In this document: piece after piece, positions 11,419 to 21,656 of the stretch
How the letters are laid out: every line of letters starts with the position of its first letter
How positions within the stretch are numbered: the stretch's first letter is position 1
Origin: an uncultured Gammaproteobacteria bacterium
GTDB lineage: Bacteria > Patescibacteriota > Microgenomatia > UBA12405 > JAHJSD01
NCBI GenBank assembly: GCA_964428655.1
Contig: CAYRYE010000001.1
Location: forward strand, 218,258 to 282,257
Direction of reading: 5' to 3'
DNA length: 64,000 nt
Translations under genes and position numbers: made by a program
The notes under the pieces: model-generated
What the model was told of the DNA's origin: nothing
The model's database searches: none
The model's input: the letters and a program-made list of their open reading frames with translations, nothing else

Positions 11419-11741
11419 TTAGAAAATTTAAGATTAAAAAGGGCGACAAGGTAAAAGTGATTCTTGGTAAAGATCGCGATAGAATTGGCCTGGTCAAAAA
11501 GGTGTTGCGTAAAAAGGGTCAGGTGGTGGTTAAGGGGATGAACGTGGTAAAGAAACATGTCAAGCCATCGGGGCAAGACAAGAAAGGTGGAATTATTGAG
11601 ATAGAAAAACCCCTTTATATCAGCAAGGTGATGTTGGTTTGTCCCCAGTGCGATAAGGCCGCTAGAATTGGTTATCAGCTTGACAAAAGTGGTAAAAAAT
11701 ATAGAATTTGCCGAAAATGCAAATCATTGATAGATAAATAA
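11415..11741 (+). CDS. rplX: 50S ribosomal protein L24 with a C-terminal CxxC...CxxC zinc-ribbon extension
   Basis: KOW motif (IKKGDKVKVILGKDR) followed by CPQCDK...CRKCKS tail. Confidence 0.88.
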   Translation: MIRKFKIKKGDKVKVILGKDRDRIGLVKKVLRKKGQVVVKGMNVVKKHVKPSGQDKKGGIIEIEKPLYISKVMLVCPQCDKAARIGYQLDKSGKKYRICRKCKSLIDK

Positions 11742-11743
11742 AT

Positions 11744-12286
11744 ATGCTGTTCAAGGACTATAAAACTAGAATCATACCAAAGTTGCAAAAAGAATTGGGG
11801 GTTAAAAATCCATTAGCTTTACCTCAAGTAACGAGGGTGGTTATTAATATGCGGGTGGTTGAGGATAAGGGAGATCAAAAAGCAATGGATGAAGCGATTG
11901 AGGAGCTGAAGTTGATTACTGGCCAAAAGCCGAAACTTTGCCGAGCTAAGAAGTCAGTTTCTGGCTTCAGGCTAAGGGAGGGCGAGCCGATCGGCCTAAA
12001 GGCAACTCTTAGGAGGAAGAAAATGTATGACTTTTTGGATAAGTTGTTTTTTTTGGTTTTGCCAAGGTTGCGGGATTTTCGCGGTTTAGCAATATCCCAA
12101 TTTGATCAGCAGGGGAATTTTAACATTGGCATGAATGACCAGAGGGTTTTTCCGGAAATCAATATTGACAAAGTTAAGAGAACAAGAGGACTGCAGGTAA
12201 CAATCATCACTAGCACTCGAGACAGAGAGGAATCTAGATTTTTATTAGAGGTATTAGGGTTACCTTTTGTTAAGGAAAGCGGCTAA
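11744..12286 (+). CDS. rplE: 50S ribosomal protein L5
   Basis: L5 family sequence; operon position. Confidence 0.92.
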   Translation: MLFKDYKTRIIPKLQKELGVKNPLALPQVTRVVINMRVVEDKGDQKAMDEAIEELKLITGQKPKLCRAKKSVSGFRLREGEPIGLKATLRRKKMYDFLDKLFFLVLPRLRDFRGLAISQFDQQGNFNIGMNDQRVFPEINIDKVKRTRGLQVTIITSTRDREESRFLLEVLGLPFVKESG

Positions 12287-12288
12287 AA

Positions 12289-12474
12289 ATGGCGTCTAAG
12301 GCGAAAATTGTCAGAGAAAGCAAGAAGCTAAGGTTTAAGATTCGTTATCGCAATCGTTGTCAAATTTGCGGCCGGCCGCGAGGCTATATTCGCCTTTTTG
12401 GTCTTTGTCGTTTATGTTTTCGACGATTAGTTAATAAAGGTGTTTTGCCAGGAGTTAAGAAGGCGAGTTGGTAG
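12289..12474 (+). CDS. rpsZ: 30S ribosomal protein S14, zinc-binding type Z
   Basis: 61 aa, CQICGRP...CRLCFR four-Cys motif. Confidence 0.92.
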   Translation: MASKAKIVRESKKLRFKIRYRNRCQICGRPRGYIRLFGLCRLCFRRLVNKGVLPGVKKASW

Positions 12475-12872
12475 TTACTATGGATACAATCGGAGATTTT
12501 TTAAGCCAGATCAGGAACGCCTATTTGGTCGGCAAGAAAAAAGTTGAGATCCCTTGGTCAAAGGCCAGGGAAGCGCTTGCCAAATTATTGGTGACTGAGG
12601 GTTATTTGGGAAGATTTAAGGTGGAAAAAATTGATAAGGTTAAGAGGAAAATGATTCTTGATCTGAAGTATGATCAAAAGATGTGCCCAGTAATAACCGG
12701 GATAAAACGGATTTCTAAACCGGGAAGAAGGTTTTATACGGTTGCGAATAAAATACCCTGGTTGCTGGAGGGGGTGGGGATAACGATAATTTCAACCTCC
12801 GAGGGCCTTATGAGCGATAAAAAAGCCCGAAAAAAGAATTTGGGAGGAGAGGTTATTTGTCAAATTTATTAA
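12468..12872 (+). CDS. rpsH: 30S ribosomal protein S8
   Basis: [13 protein letters not shown]...S8 signature. Confidence 0.92.
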   Translation: MVVTMDTIGDFLSQIRNAYLVGKKKVEIPWSKAREALAKLLVTEGYLGRFKVEKIDKVKRKMILDLKYDQKMCPVITGIKRISKPGRRFYTVANKIPWLLEGVGITIISTSEGLMSDKKARKKNLGGEVICQIY

Positions 12873-12878
12873 ATTAAG

Positions 12879-13433
12879 ATGTCAAGAGTGGGCAGCCAAC
12901 CAATCATTATTCCTGAGGGAGTAACAGTAGAAATAAAAGCCAATAAGGTGAAAGTTACTGGCTCGAAAGGCGGATTGCATTTGACTTTGCCAGATTCAAT
13001 TAAAGTGACTCAGGACAAGAAAAAATTATTGGTTTCGCGTTATCGTAATGATAAGAAAGCCAAGGCTAATCACGGTACTATTAGAAGCCTAATTAATAAC
13101 ATGATAATTGGTGTTACTAAAGAATGGGAAAAAGAATTACAAGTAGTCGGCACTGGTTACAGAGTTGATCTACAGGGTAATAATTTGGTTTTTAAATTGG
13201 GTTTTTCTCATCCAGTCGTTTTTGAAGCTCCAGAGGGGGTTAAATTTGAGGTGAAGGATGACAAGTTAAAAATTTCGGGGGTAGATAAAGGATTAGTCGG
13301 TAATATAGCTGCTCGGATCAGAAAGATTAAACCACCTGACGCCTATTTGGGAAAAGGGATTAGATATTCGGATGAAATTGTTAAACTGAAGCCAGGGAAA
13401 GCAGCCAAAGTGGGCGCTGCTGGAGAGGAGTAA
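12879..13433 (+). CDS. rplF: 50S ribosomal protein L6
   Basis: MSRVGSQPIIIPEGV..., two L6 repeats. Confidence 0.92.
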   Translation: MSRVGSQPIIIPEGVTVEIKANKVKVTGSKGGLHLTLPDSIKVTQDKKKLLVSRYRNDKKAKANHGTIRSLINNMIIGVTKEWEKELQVVGTGYRVDLQGNNLVFKLGFSHPVVFEAPEGVKFEVKDDKLKISGVDKGLVGNIAARIRKIKPPDAYLGKGIRYSDEIVKLKPGKAAKVGAAGEE

Positions 13434-13436
13434 AAA

Positions 13437-13805
13437 ATGAGAAAAATTATCATAAAAACAGCCAAAGAGCGAAAAAAAACAAGAGTAAGGGCTAGAATAA
13501 AAGAGGCGAATAGGGATAAAAAACTTACCGTATTTCGTTCTAACCGCTATATTTGGGCGCAAATTATTGACTTGTCAACTGGTAAAACCCTAGTGACTTC
13601 TAGTGATAAATCATTATTAAAAGAAAAGAAACGATTGGCTGGCAAAAATAAGACAGAGAAAGCGTTTGAAGTAGGTAGGGAAATTGCCAAAAAGGCGGTT
13701 AAACTCAGATTGAAAAAAGTAGTCTTTGATAGGGGTTGTTATAGATATCATGGTCGTGTTAAAGCTTTAGCAGAAGGGGCCAAGGCCGAAGGTTTGCTGT
13801 TATGA
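13437..13805 (+). CDS. rplR: 50S ribosomal protein L18
   Basis: Size and position; L18-like C-terminus (YRYHGRVKALAEGA). Confidence 0.88.
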   Translation: MRKIIIKTAKERKKTRVRARIKEANRDKKLTVFRSNRYIWAQIIDLSTGKTLVTSSDKSLLKEKKRLAGKNKTEKAFEVGREIAKKAVKLRLKKVVFDRGCYRYHGRVKALAEGAKAEGLLL

Positions 13806-14275
13806 GAGATAGAAGAATGAGTAACCAATGGGGAAAAAATGAGTTTCAAGAAATAGTCCTTCAGATTAAGAGGGTTTCTAAGAAAACCAAAGGCGGCAAC
13901 CAAATTGGTTTCACCGCTCTAATGGTTGTTGGCGATGGTAAGGGAAAAGTGGGTGTTAGTTTGGGAAAGGCCAAAGATGTAGCCTCAGCGATTAGAAAGG
14001 GTGTCAACCAGGCCAGGAAAAAAATGATTGAGGTTTATTTGAAAGGAACAACAATTCCCCACCCAGTGAAATATAAAAAGAAATCAGCTAGAATTTTACT
14101 TAAACCTGCCAGAAGAGGTTCTGGTTTAATTGCTGGAGGGGTAGTGAGGGCGATTGCTTCAGCTGCCGGGATTAAAGATTTAGTGGCAAAACTTATTGGC
14201 TCTCGTAATAAGACAATCAACGCTTGGGCTACTTTGGAAGCATTAGGGAAATTAAAAAAGCCAACCGAGGAGTAA
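13802..14275 (+). CDS. rpsE: 30S ribosomal protein S5
   Basis: S5 dsRBD plus C-terminal domain (RGSGLIAGG...). Confidence 0.92.
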   Translation: MRDRRMSNQWGKNEFQEIVLQIKRVSKKTKGGNQIGFTALMVVGDGKGKVGVSLGKAKDVASAIRKGVNQARKKMIEVYLKGTTIPHPVKYKKKSARILLKPARRGSGLIAGGVVRAIASAAGIKDLVAKLIGSRNKTINAWATLEALGKLKKPTEE

Positions 14276-14282
14276 ATTAGTT

Positions 14283-14756
14283 ATGGTTAACTTGCATAAT
14301 TTGCCGAAGATTACTAGTAAAAAGAAAAAGAGGATTGGTCGAGGTTATGGAAGTGGTGTAGGCGGGCACACTACCATAAGGGGGGCTAAGGGAACGAAAG
14401 CCAGGGGTAAAGTACCTTTGGCTTTTGACGGCACTAAAACTAAAAAGTCGTGGCTTAAAAGATTGCCTCTTTGGAGGGGCAAGGGAAAAAAGAGATCGCT
14501 AAGACGGCAGGCTGTTGTTAATGTTCAAGTTTTAGAAACTTATTTTAAAGATGGTGATAAAGTTAATTTAAAATCTCTTATTAAGAAGGGATTAATTAAA
14601 GAAAGAAGGGGTAAAAGAGTCGAGGTGAAAATTCTTGGACAGGGGGAACTTACTCGGAAGCTGGAAGTTTCTTTGCCTTGTTCTAAAAGAGCTTTAGAAA
14701 AAATTAAAATTGCAGGAGGAAGAGTAAAGGATGAGCAAATGGTTGGAAAAAGCTAA
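14283..14756 (+). CDS. rplO: 50S ribosomal protein L15 (follows S5 directly; no L30 gene between them)
   Basis: [12 protein letters not shown]...L15 signature. Confidence 0.9.
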   Translation: MVNLHNLPKITSKKKKRIGRGYGSGVGGHTTIRGAKGTKARGKVPLAFDGTKTKKSWLKRLPLWRGKGKKRSLRRQAVVNVQVLETYFKDGDKVNLKSLIKKGLIKERRGKRVEVKILGQGELTRKLEVSLPCSKRALEKIKIAGGRVKDEQMVGKS

Positions 14757-16014
14757 GCTTTTTAGCGAAGCTTTAAAAATTTCTCAGGTTAAAAAAAGAT
14801 TTTTTTTCACCGCAGTTATTTTTTTGCTCTATCGCTTCATTGCCCATTTACCGGTTCCTGGGGTTAATACTGCTTTACTTAAACAGTTCTTTTCTCAAAA
14901 TCAGCTATTGTCTTTGTTGGATATCTTTTCCGGAGGGACCTTGGCTAATTTTTCAGTGGCGGCTTTGGGGATAGGACCTTTTATTACTGCTTCGATAATG
15001 CTTCAAATGCTTACTTTGGTTTGGCCTAAATTGGAAGAGTTAAACAAAGAGGGAGAGTATGGTCGGGCTAAAATTAACCTCTACACCCGTATTTTAACTG
15101 TTCCTTTAGCTATTGTTCAAAGTTTAGCAATGTACACTATTTTAAAAAGTCAGGGGTTAATGGGAGATCTCCCTTTGTTGGTTTTAGTTTCCATGGTTGT
15201 TACCATGGCGGCTGGAACCATGGTTTTAGTTTTTTTTGGAGACATGATTAATGAATTTGGAATTGGCAGCGGAACTTCTTTAATTATTTTTGCCGGTATT
15301 GTGGCTCGCTACCCGGTAAGCATTTTTCAAACCTTGGCTGTTGTAGAAAGCCAACAGGCATTCAATTTGACTGTATTTTTTGGATTAACCGTACTTCTTG
15401 TTTTTGGTGTTATTATGATTGAAGAAGCGGCTTTAAGGTTGCCGATCCATTATGCTCGTCGGGGTGGAAAAACCGGTGCATCAAGCAAGACTTATTTGCC
15501 GATTAAGATTAATACTTCTGGAGTGATGCCGATAATTTTCGCTCTATCTTTAGTTTTTCTACCTTCTTTTATAGGTAAAACTTTGGCTAATTTACCCCGG
15601 GAAAAGATTGCTTTAATAGGAGAAACTCTAGTTAAGGTTTTTCAACCGGGTAGCGCTGTTTATAATTTGGTTTATTTTTTGATAGTGGTTCTTTTCACCT
15701 TTTTTTATACAACAATTGTTTTTAAACCTGAAGAAGTGGCGGAGGAATTGAGAAAGGGCGGTGCGTTCATTCCGGGTATTAGACCGGGAGAGTCAACTAA
15801 GAAAAGGCTTAGCTGGTATCTTTATCGGGTTACTGCTATTGGGGCCGTCTTTTTGGGAATTATTGCTATCCTGCCTTCAATGGTCCAAAGAATGACTAAC
15901 ATTTCTACGATTAGTCTTGGCGGGACAGGAGTCCTGATTGTTATTTCAGTTATCTTGGAAATCACTCGCTCAGTTGAAAATTTAGTTCAAACCTATCGCT
16001 ATGAAACATTCTAA
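14731..16014 (+). CDS. secY: Preprotein translocase subunit SecY
   Basis: 427 aa, roughly 10 TM segments, SecY motifs; canonical position after L15. Confidence 0.94.
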   Translation: MSKWLEKAKLFSEALKISQVKKRFFFTAVIFLLYRFIAHLPVPGVNTALLKQFFSQNQLLSLLDIFSGGTLANFSVAALGIGPFITASIMLQMLTLVWPKLEELNKEGEYGRAKINLYTRILTVPLAIVQSLAMYTILKSQGLMGDLPLLVLVSMVVTMAAGTMVLVFFGDMINEFGIGSGTSLIIFAGIVARYPVSIFQTLAVVESQQAFNLTVFFGLTVLLVFGVIMIEEAALRLPIHYARRGGKTGASSKTYLPIKINTSGVMPIIFALSLVFLPSFIGKTLANLPREKIALIGETLVKVFQPGSAVYNLVYFLIVVLFTFFYTTIVFKPEEVAEELRKGGAFIPGIRPGESTKKRLSWYLYRVTAIGAVFLGIIAILPSMVQRMTNISTISLGGTGVLIVISVILEITRSVENLVQTYRYETF

Positions 16015-16618
16015 AATCGCCAGACTGGTTATTATTGGTCTTTCTGGGAGCGGCAAAGGAACCCAAGCTAAATTGCTGGAGAAAAAATTCGGCTGGAAGC
16101 ATATTTCTATGGGAGAACTTTTTAGAAAAGAAATAGAAAGAGAGACTAAAATTGGCAAAAAGATAGAAGAACTTATTGCTCAAGGTGTCTGGGTTTCAAC
16201 TGGCCTGACCTTTAAAGTTTTAAAACCGGTTTTGAAAAAAGAGCTTAAGACAGGCTTTGTCTTAGATGGGTTTCCCAGAGTTCCTGATCAACCTAGAGCA
16301 TTGGATGAGTTTTTAGCTCGTGAGGGAGATAAAGTTGACTTAGTGATTCATCTTATTATTCGGCCGAGAGCGATTATGGCTCGAAGGAAAAGGCTTTGGG
16401 CAAAAGGCAAGAGTTTTTATGAGAATAAGAGAAAAGATGAAACTAAAGAAGCGATTAAAGGGCGGGTTAAATCATATGAAAAGACAATTAAGCCTATTTT
16501 GGATTATTACCAAAAAAAAGGCATTTTGGAAGAAGTAGACGGGGAAAGAAGCATCGAAGAGATCCATCGGGATATTGCCGGGTTAATTAAAGATAGAGTC
16601 TTTAAAAGGAATGAATAA
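16001..16618 (+). CDS. adk: Adenylate kinase
   Basis: P-loop [11 protein letters not shown]; follows secY. Confidence 0.88.
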   Translation: MKHSKIARLVIIGLSGSGKGTQAKLLEKKFGWKHISMGELFRKEIERETKIGKKIEELIAQGVWVSTGLTFKVLKPVLKKELKTGFVLDGFPRVPDQPRALDEFLAREGDKVDLVIHLIIRPRAIMARRKRLWAKGKSFYENKRKDETKEAIKGRVKSYEKTIKPILDYYQKKGILEEVDGERSIEEIHRDIAGLIKDRVFKRNE

Positions 16619-17375
16619 GGCGTTTATTGAGGCTGGGAAAAGATTATCGAGAATTTTCGCCAAGACTCTAGCTGAAATCAAGCCTGGGAGAAAATTGAGA
16701 GAAATTGATTCTTTAGCTGATAAATTTATTTCCAAATCAGGAGGAAAAGCTTCTTTTAAAGGAGTTGGCGATTATCAATGGGCCACTTGCATAAACCTTA
16801 ATGAGGGTGTTGTTCACGGCATTCCTGATAATAAAATTATCAAGAGAGGCGATGTTGTCAGTTTGGATATGGGTTTTGAATATCAGGGTTGTCACGCTGA
16901 TATGGCTTATACTCTTCAAATCCAAAATCCAAAATCCCTGCCCACAGATTTAGAAGTAGATAGGTTTTTGGAGGCGGGAAAGAAGGCATTAGATGAAGCG
17001 ATTAGAGCAGTTAGGGCAGGGAACAGAGTTGGTCATATTTCAAAAGCAATTCAAGAAATTATTGAAGAAGCTGGCTATAGCTGTGTTAGGGAACTAACTG
17101 GGCACGGTATTGGCGGTAATTTACATCAGCCCCCCTGGATCCCATGTAGATTAACAGAACGGATAGAAAAAACACCTCTTTTGAAAGAAGGGGTAGGTTT
17201 GGCGATAGAAGTGATTTATACTTTAGGGAAGGCGGATTTAGAAAAAATGGCTGACGGCTGGACAATTAAAACTCGTGATGGTAAAATATCAGCACTTTTT
17301 GAGAAAACTGTTTTGGTTACTAAAAAAGGCGTGAGGGTAGTTACCCCCGAAATTTCGGGGGACTTAGTTGTTTAG
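16611..17375 (+). CDS. map: Methionine aminopeptidase type I
   Basis: M24 pita-bread fold motifs (metal ligands D...D...H...E...E); canonical position. Confidence 0.9.
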   Translation: MNKAFIEAGKRLSRIFAKTLAEIKPGRKLREIDSLADKFISKSGGKASFKGVGDYQWATCINLNEGVVHGIPDNKIIKRGDVVSLDMGFEYQGCHADMAYTLQIQNPKSLPTDLEVDRFLEAGKKALDEAIRAVRAGNRVGHISKAIQEIIEEAGYSCVRELTGHGIGGNLHQPPWIPCRLTERIEKTPLLKEGVGLAIEVIYTLGKADLEKMADGWTIKTRDGKISALFEKTVLVTKKGVRVVTPEISGDLVV

Positions 17376-17377
17376 AA

Positions 17378-17626
17378 ATGATAACCGATAAGCGGCCTGG
17401 TTTCTCGCAGGCTCAAAATAAGAAAGAAAGAGTAGAAGGTGTAGTTTTTGAAGTCTTGCCTGATACGAATTTTCGGGTTGAATTGGAAGATGGGCGTAAA
17501 ATCTTGACCTATCTTTGTGGTAAAATGCGGATTAGACGTATTCGCGTTGTTACCGGAGATCGGGTCCTGGTAGAAATAAGTTCTTATGATGATAAGCGAG
17601 GCAGGATTATTTATCGGAACAGATAA
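17378..17626 (+). CDS. infA: Translation initiation factor IF-1
   Basis: S1-like OB fold: [19 protein letters not shown]...GKMR... Confidence 0.92.
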   Translation: MITDKRPGFSQAQNKKERVEGVVFEVLPDTNFRVELEDGRKILTYLCGKMRIRRIRVVTGDRVLVEISSYDDKRGRIIYRNR

Positions 17627-17638
17627 CCTGGAGACTGA

Positions 17639-17752
17639 ATGAAAGTTAGTTCAAGTGTGAAAAAACGATGTCCAAAGTGTAAAATTGTTCGCCGTCGTGG
17701 CACGGTTCATGTTGTTTGTGAGAATCCTAAACACAAACAGAGACAGGGATGA
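17639..17752 (+). CDS. rpmJ: 50S ribosomal protein L36 (37 aa; below the ORF-track length cutoff)
   Basis: [37 protein letters not shown] read directly from the sequence; GGAG SD; stop overlaps the rpsM ATG. Confidence 0.85.
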   Translation: MKVSSSVKKRCPKCKIVRRRGTVHVVCENPKHKQRQG

Positions 17753-18162
17753 GAATCTTAGGGATTGATATACCAGATAAAGAGCGAGCGGAAATTGGTT
17801 TGACTAAAATTTATGGCATTGGTAGGAAAAATGTTTTTGAATTGCTTGAGAAGACAAAGGTTGATCCTGTAAAAAGGGTCAAGGATTTAACCAAACAGGA
17901 AGTGGCTGTTCTTATTAAAGCCTTGGAGGATTTTGAGATAGAGGGGGACCTTAGGAAGAGAACGGCTGACAATATTGTCCGATTAAAGGCAATACGTTGT
18001 TACCGGGGGCTTAGGCACATTTTGAACTTACCGGTTAGAGGCCAGAGAACGAAGACTAATGCCAGAACTAAAAGAGGATCAAGGAAAACAGTTGGAGCTT
18101 TAACTAAAAAGCTGTGGGCGAAGCTGGAGGAACAGCAAAGAGCAGCTATAAGTAAAAAATAA
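17749..18162 (+). CDS. rpsM: 30S ribosomal protein S13
   Basis: [11 protein letters not shown]...S13 family. Confidence 0.92.
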   Translation: MRILGIDIPDKERAEIGLTKIYGIGRKNVFELLEKTKVDPVKRVKDLTKQEVAVLIKALEDFEIEGDLRKRTADNIVRLKAIRCYRGLRHILNLPVRGQRTKTNARTKRGSRKTVGALTKKLWAKLEEQQRAAISKK

Positions 18163-18551
18163 TGGCAGTAACAAAAATAACTAATTCAACTGAAACTAAA
18201 ACAGCGCTTGAGGGTAGGCTTTATGTTAGTGCCAGTTTCAATAATACTTTAACAACTGTTACCGATTCCAAAGGAGATGTTTTGGAGTGGACTTCCTGCG
18301 GCAGATTGGGTTTTAAAGGGACAAGGAAATCAACGCCATTTGCGGCCATTACTACACTGGAAGATATTATTAGGCGAGCAGTTAATTTGGGAGTGAAACG
18401 ACTCCAGGTTTACATCAAGGGTCCAGGTCCTGGCAGAGATGCCGCGCTAAGGGTGCTTAGAAATGCTAGAGGCATTGATATCACGATGATTTCTGATATT
18501 ACGCCAATGCCCCATAATGGGCCCAGACCGCCAAAAAGAAGGAGAACATAA
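18162..18551 (+). CDS. rpsK: 30S ribosomal protein S11
   Basis: S11 family sequence (GRLGFKGTRKSTPFAA...). Confidence 0.92.
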   Translation: MAVTKITNSTETKTALEGRLYVSASFNNTLTTVTDSKGDVLEWTSCGRLGFKGTRKSTPFAAITTLEDIIRRAVNLGVKRLQVYIKGPGPGRDAALRVLRNARGIDITMISDITPMPHNGPRPPKRRRT

Positions 18552-18552
18552 A

Positions 18553-19170
18553 ATGGTAGCTATTAGTAAAAAATGCCGGTTATGTCGTCGGGAGAGAACA
18601 AAGCTTTTTTTAAAAGGATTGCGTTGTTTTTCGCCTAAGTGTCCAATTGAAAAAAAAGGCGGTGTGCCTCCTGGCGTTCACGGCTTGAGAAGTGGTTTCC
18701 GGCCCTCATCTTTTGCTAAACAGTTAAGAGAAAAACAGAAAATAAAGAGAATTTATGGCGTTTCGGAATCTCAATTTAAGAATTATTTTCTTCTGGCGAA
18801 AAGAAAAAGGGGCGATACCGGGATGCTTCTTTTACAATCGCTAGAAATGCGTCTTGACAATGTTCTTTGCCGACTGGGATTAACACCTTCCCACGCCACC
18901 GCTAGACAATTAGTTGTTCATGGTCATGTTTTGGTAAACGGTAAGAAGCTAACTATTCCTTCTTATTTGGTAAAAATGGGCGATGAGATTACTTTGTCAG
19001 AAAAAGCTCAGAAGATGGAAAAAATTCAAACTTGGGTAGCCAGAAAGGAAAAAATACCATCTTGGTTTAAAAAAAAGGGTTTTATCGGAAAAGTAAGCGC
19101 TTTGCCTAAGAGAGAAGATATGGATTCCGAAATGAACGAATCTTTAGTAGTTGAATATTATTCTAAATAA
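18553..19170 (+). CDS. rpsD: 30S ribosomal protein S4 (N-terminal Cys4 zinc finger)
   Basis: ATG at 18553 preceded by AAGGAGAA; CRLCRRE...CFSPKC plus S4 domain. Confidence 0.9.
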   Translation: MVAISKKCRLCRRERTKLFLKGLRCFSPKCPIEKKGGVPPGVHGLRSGFRPSSFAKQLREKQKIKRIYGVSESQFKNYFLLAKRKRGDTGMLLLQSLEMRLDNVLCRLGLTPSHATARQLVVHGHVLVNGKKLTIPSYLVKMGDEITLSEKAQKMEKIQTWVARKEKIPSWFKKKGFIGKVSALPKREDMDSEMNESLVVEYYSK

Positions 19171-19182
19171 AGGAGGTTTTTT

Positions 19183-20094
19183 ATGATTGGAGAAATTCGG
19201 TTCACTGTCTCTCCTCAAAAAGAAGATAAGAAATGGGGGCGATATATTATTGCCCCTTTGCCGGCAGGGTTTGGCAGTACTATTGGTTATAGTTTAAGGA
19301 GAATTTTAATGGGGTCTTTACCGGGAACGGCGGTAACCAAGATGAAAATTAAGGGGGCTTTGCATGTCTTTACTACTTTAAAAGGAGTTAAGGAAGATCT
19401 AGTCCAAGTGATGCTGAATGTAAAGCAGATTAGGTTTGACTATCAAGGCAGGAAACCGGTAACTCTTAAGGTTGAAAAGTTTGGTCCGGGTAAAGTTAAG
19501 GCTAAGGATATAAAGCTCCAGCCTGGAGTTAAGGTGGTTAATCCGGATTTGGTTTTAGCTACATTAGCTGATAAGAAATCAAATCTGAAAATGGATTTGG
19601 TTGTTTCCCGAGGGGTGGGTTATGAACTGGCTGAAGAACATAAGAGTTCCAAGTTGGGCGTGATAGGTGTTGACTCTGCTTTTAGCCCGGTAACCAAGGT
19701 TAGCCACCAATTTGAGTCTGTCCGTGAAGGTAAAAAGATCAACTTGGATAAGTTAACAATTGACATCTGGACCGACGGCTCGATGAAGCCCAGAGAGGCA
19801 TTAGAATCGGCGGCCAAAATCCTGGTAGAAGTTTTTAGCCAGATTGTAAAATCTAAACCGATTAAAAAGAAAGAAAAAAAGGAGGCAAAGAACCACAATT
19901 TAGAATTACTAATTGAGGAGGTTAGTGGTATTCCTTTAAGACTGGCTAATGCTCTTAAAAAAGCTGGTTTTAAAAGAATAAAAGACCTTGCTGATGCGGA
20001 ATCTGAGGAAATACTTAAGGCTAAAAATGTTGGTGAGAAATCAATTGAACTTCTGAAAAAAGTTCTTAAAAAGCAGGGCATTGAACTTAAATAA
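19183..20094 (+). CDS. rpoA: DNA-directed RNA polymerase subunit alpha
   Basis: 303 aa; N-terminal dimerisation domain plus C-terminal domain; canonical position. Confidence 0.92.
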   Translation: MIGEIRFTVSPQKEDKKWGRYIIAPLPAGFGSTIGYSLRRILMGSLPGTAVTKMKIKGALHVFTTLKGVKEDLVQVMLNVKQIRFDYQGRKPVTLKVEKFGPGKVKAKDIKLQPGVKVVNPDLVLATLADKKSNLKMDLVVSRGVGYELAEEHKSSKLGVIGVDSAFSPVTKVSHQFESVREGKKINLDKLTIDIWTDGSMKPREALESAAKILVEVFSQIVKSKPIKKKEKKEAKNHNLELLIEEVSGIPLRLANALKKAGFKRIKDLADAESEEILKAKNVGEKSIELLKKVLKKQGIELK

Positions 20095-20096
20095 TC

Positions 20097-20534
20097 ATGA
20101 GACATCGGGTATTTGGTAAAAAACTGAGTCGGAGTCGCGGCCATCGCCGATCTTTATTTAAGAATCTGGCCCGTAGCTTTTTTATTCACGGCGGCAAAAT
20201 AAAAACCACCTTAGCTAAAGCAAAGGCAGTTCGCCCTTTAATTGAACGAATGATTGCCAAGGCGGGCAGAGGCGATCTTAATTCTCGCCGCTGGTTGTTC
20301 AAATATTTCCAAGACCAGAATTTGGTTAACCAAATTGTAGAAACTTTTGGCAAGCAGTTCGAAAAAAGAAAAGGCGGCTATACTAGGGTTGTTAAGATTA
20401 AGAAGAGAAAAGGCGATGATGCCGTTATAGTTAGTCTTGAGTTGGTAGAAGAATTTCGCCCAAAGGACGAAAAGCAGGAAGAGGAAAAGAAAAAGAAAAA
20501 AACTAGAAAAACTGAAGTTAAAGAAAAAAAATGA
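20097..20534 (+). CDS. rplQ: 50S ribosomal protein L17 with a Lys/Glu-rich C-terminal tail
   Basis: MRHRVFGKKLSRSRGHRRSL... Confidence 0.92.
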   Translation: MRHRVFGKKLSRSRGHRRSLFKNLARSFFIHGGKIKTTLAKAKAVRPLIERMIAKAGRGDLNSRRWLFKYFQDQNLVNQIVETFGKQFEKRKGGYTRVVKIKKRKGDDAVIVSLELVEEFRPKDEKQEEEKKKKKTRKTEVKEKK

Positions 20535-20947
20535 GAACCTATCAACCCAAAGCAAAAGAAATTAAAAGGAAATGGCATTTAATTGATGTTGAAGGGCAAA
20601 TATTGGGGAGAGTGGCAACCCAAATTGCTCGTTTCCTTATGGGGAAGCATAAAGTTACTTATTCTCCTCACTTAGATAGTGGTGATTATGTTGTTGTTAT
20701 TAATACTACTAAGATTAGAGTCACCGGTAAAAAAATGAAAGACAAGATTTATTATCGGCACACCGGCTATATGGGAGGCTTAAAAGAAACCCGCTTGGAA
20801 GAATTGATGGCCAAAGATCCAAGAAGGGTAATTTTATTGGCTGTTAAAAATATGCTTCCTAAAAATAAGCTGCGCCGGCAGAGGATGAAAAGATTAAAAA
20901 TTTTTACGGGTGCAAAGCATCCTTATAAAGATAAATTAAATTCGTAG
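20531..20947 (+). CDS. rplM: 50S ribosomal protein L13
   Basis: L13 family sequence. Confidence 0.9.
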   Translation: MRTYQPKAKEIKRKWHLIDVEGQILGRVATQIARFLMGKHKVTYSPHLDSGDYVVVINTTKIRVTGKKMKDKIYYRHTGYMGGLKETRLEELMAKDPRRVILLAVKNMLPKNKLRRQRMKRLKIFTGAKHPYKDKLNS

Positions 20948-20981
20948 GGACATTGTGTGAAGTGCCCGTCTTTGAATAAAA

Positions 20982-21398
20982 ATGCCAAAAAGTAAGAAGT
21001 CAACCAAAAAGTATGTCTATGCTATTGGTCGAAGAAAAGAAGCGACAGCCATTGTTAGATTGTTCAAGGGTAAAGGCAAGATTAGTGTGAATGATAAGTT
21101 AATCGGTGATTATTTCCCGGGTATAGTCGATAGACATTATTATCAACAGCCTTTTGAATTCACCGGGACCCTAGGTAAGTTCTATGCCACTATTAAAGTA
21201 AGAGGCAGCGGCAAGAAAAGTCAGCTGGAGGCAGTGGTTCTGGCTTTATCTAGGGCTTTGGAAAAAACTGATCGGGAAAAATACCGCCCTGTTCTTAAAA
21301 AAGCCGGCCTGTTGACTGTGGACGCCAGGGTCAGGGAACGGAGAAAAGCAGGCCAAATGGGCCGCGCTCGCAAGAAAAAGCAATCCCCAAAGAGGTAG
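20982..21398 (+). CDS. rpsI: 30S ribosomal protein S9
   Basis: S9 family; C-terminal ...GRARKKKQSPKR. Confidence 0.92.
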   Translation: MPKSKKSTKKYVYAIGRRKEATAIVRLFKGKGKISVNDKLIGDYFPGIVDRHYYQQPFEFTGTLGKFYATIKVRGSGKKSQLEAVVLALSRALEKTDREKYRPVLKKAGLLTVDARVRERRKAGQMGRARKKKQSPKR

Positions 21399-21399
21399 G

Positions 21400-21597
21400 T
21401 TAAGATTGATCTTCAATAAATTTTGCAAAAGATCGATCGTAAGTTTTTTCTGCTTCTTTAGAAAAACAACAAGCAGGCAATTGTTTCGTAGTAAGATGAT
21501 ATTTAATGCATTCACAACAGATACCTTTTCTAGGGCAGGATTCATAAGTGCAGGGGCAATCTTTTAGATTTTGTTTTTGGTTAGGACAAGTTTTCAT
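21400..21597 (-). CDS. Small cysteine-rich (about 10 Cys) putative metal-binding protein; the ORF track extends it to 21666 but an internal Met (MKTC...) avoids overlap with iscS
   Basis: C-x..-CPC-x4-CP-x5-CCEC-x3-H...CC pattern resembling the cysteine-rich small domain family; convergent with rpsI, divergent from iscS. Confidence 0.5.
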   Translation of the reverse strand: MKTCPNQKQNLKDCPCTYESCPRKGICCECIKYHLTTKQLPACCFSKEAEKTYDRSFAKFIEDQS

Positions 21598-21656
21598 TAA
21601 CGCTATTTTTTCATAAAAATCTTTCTTTTTCAACTCAAATGCTATAATTGTGCCAT

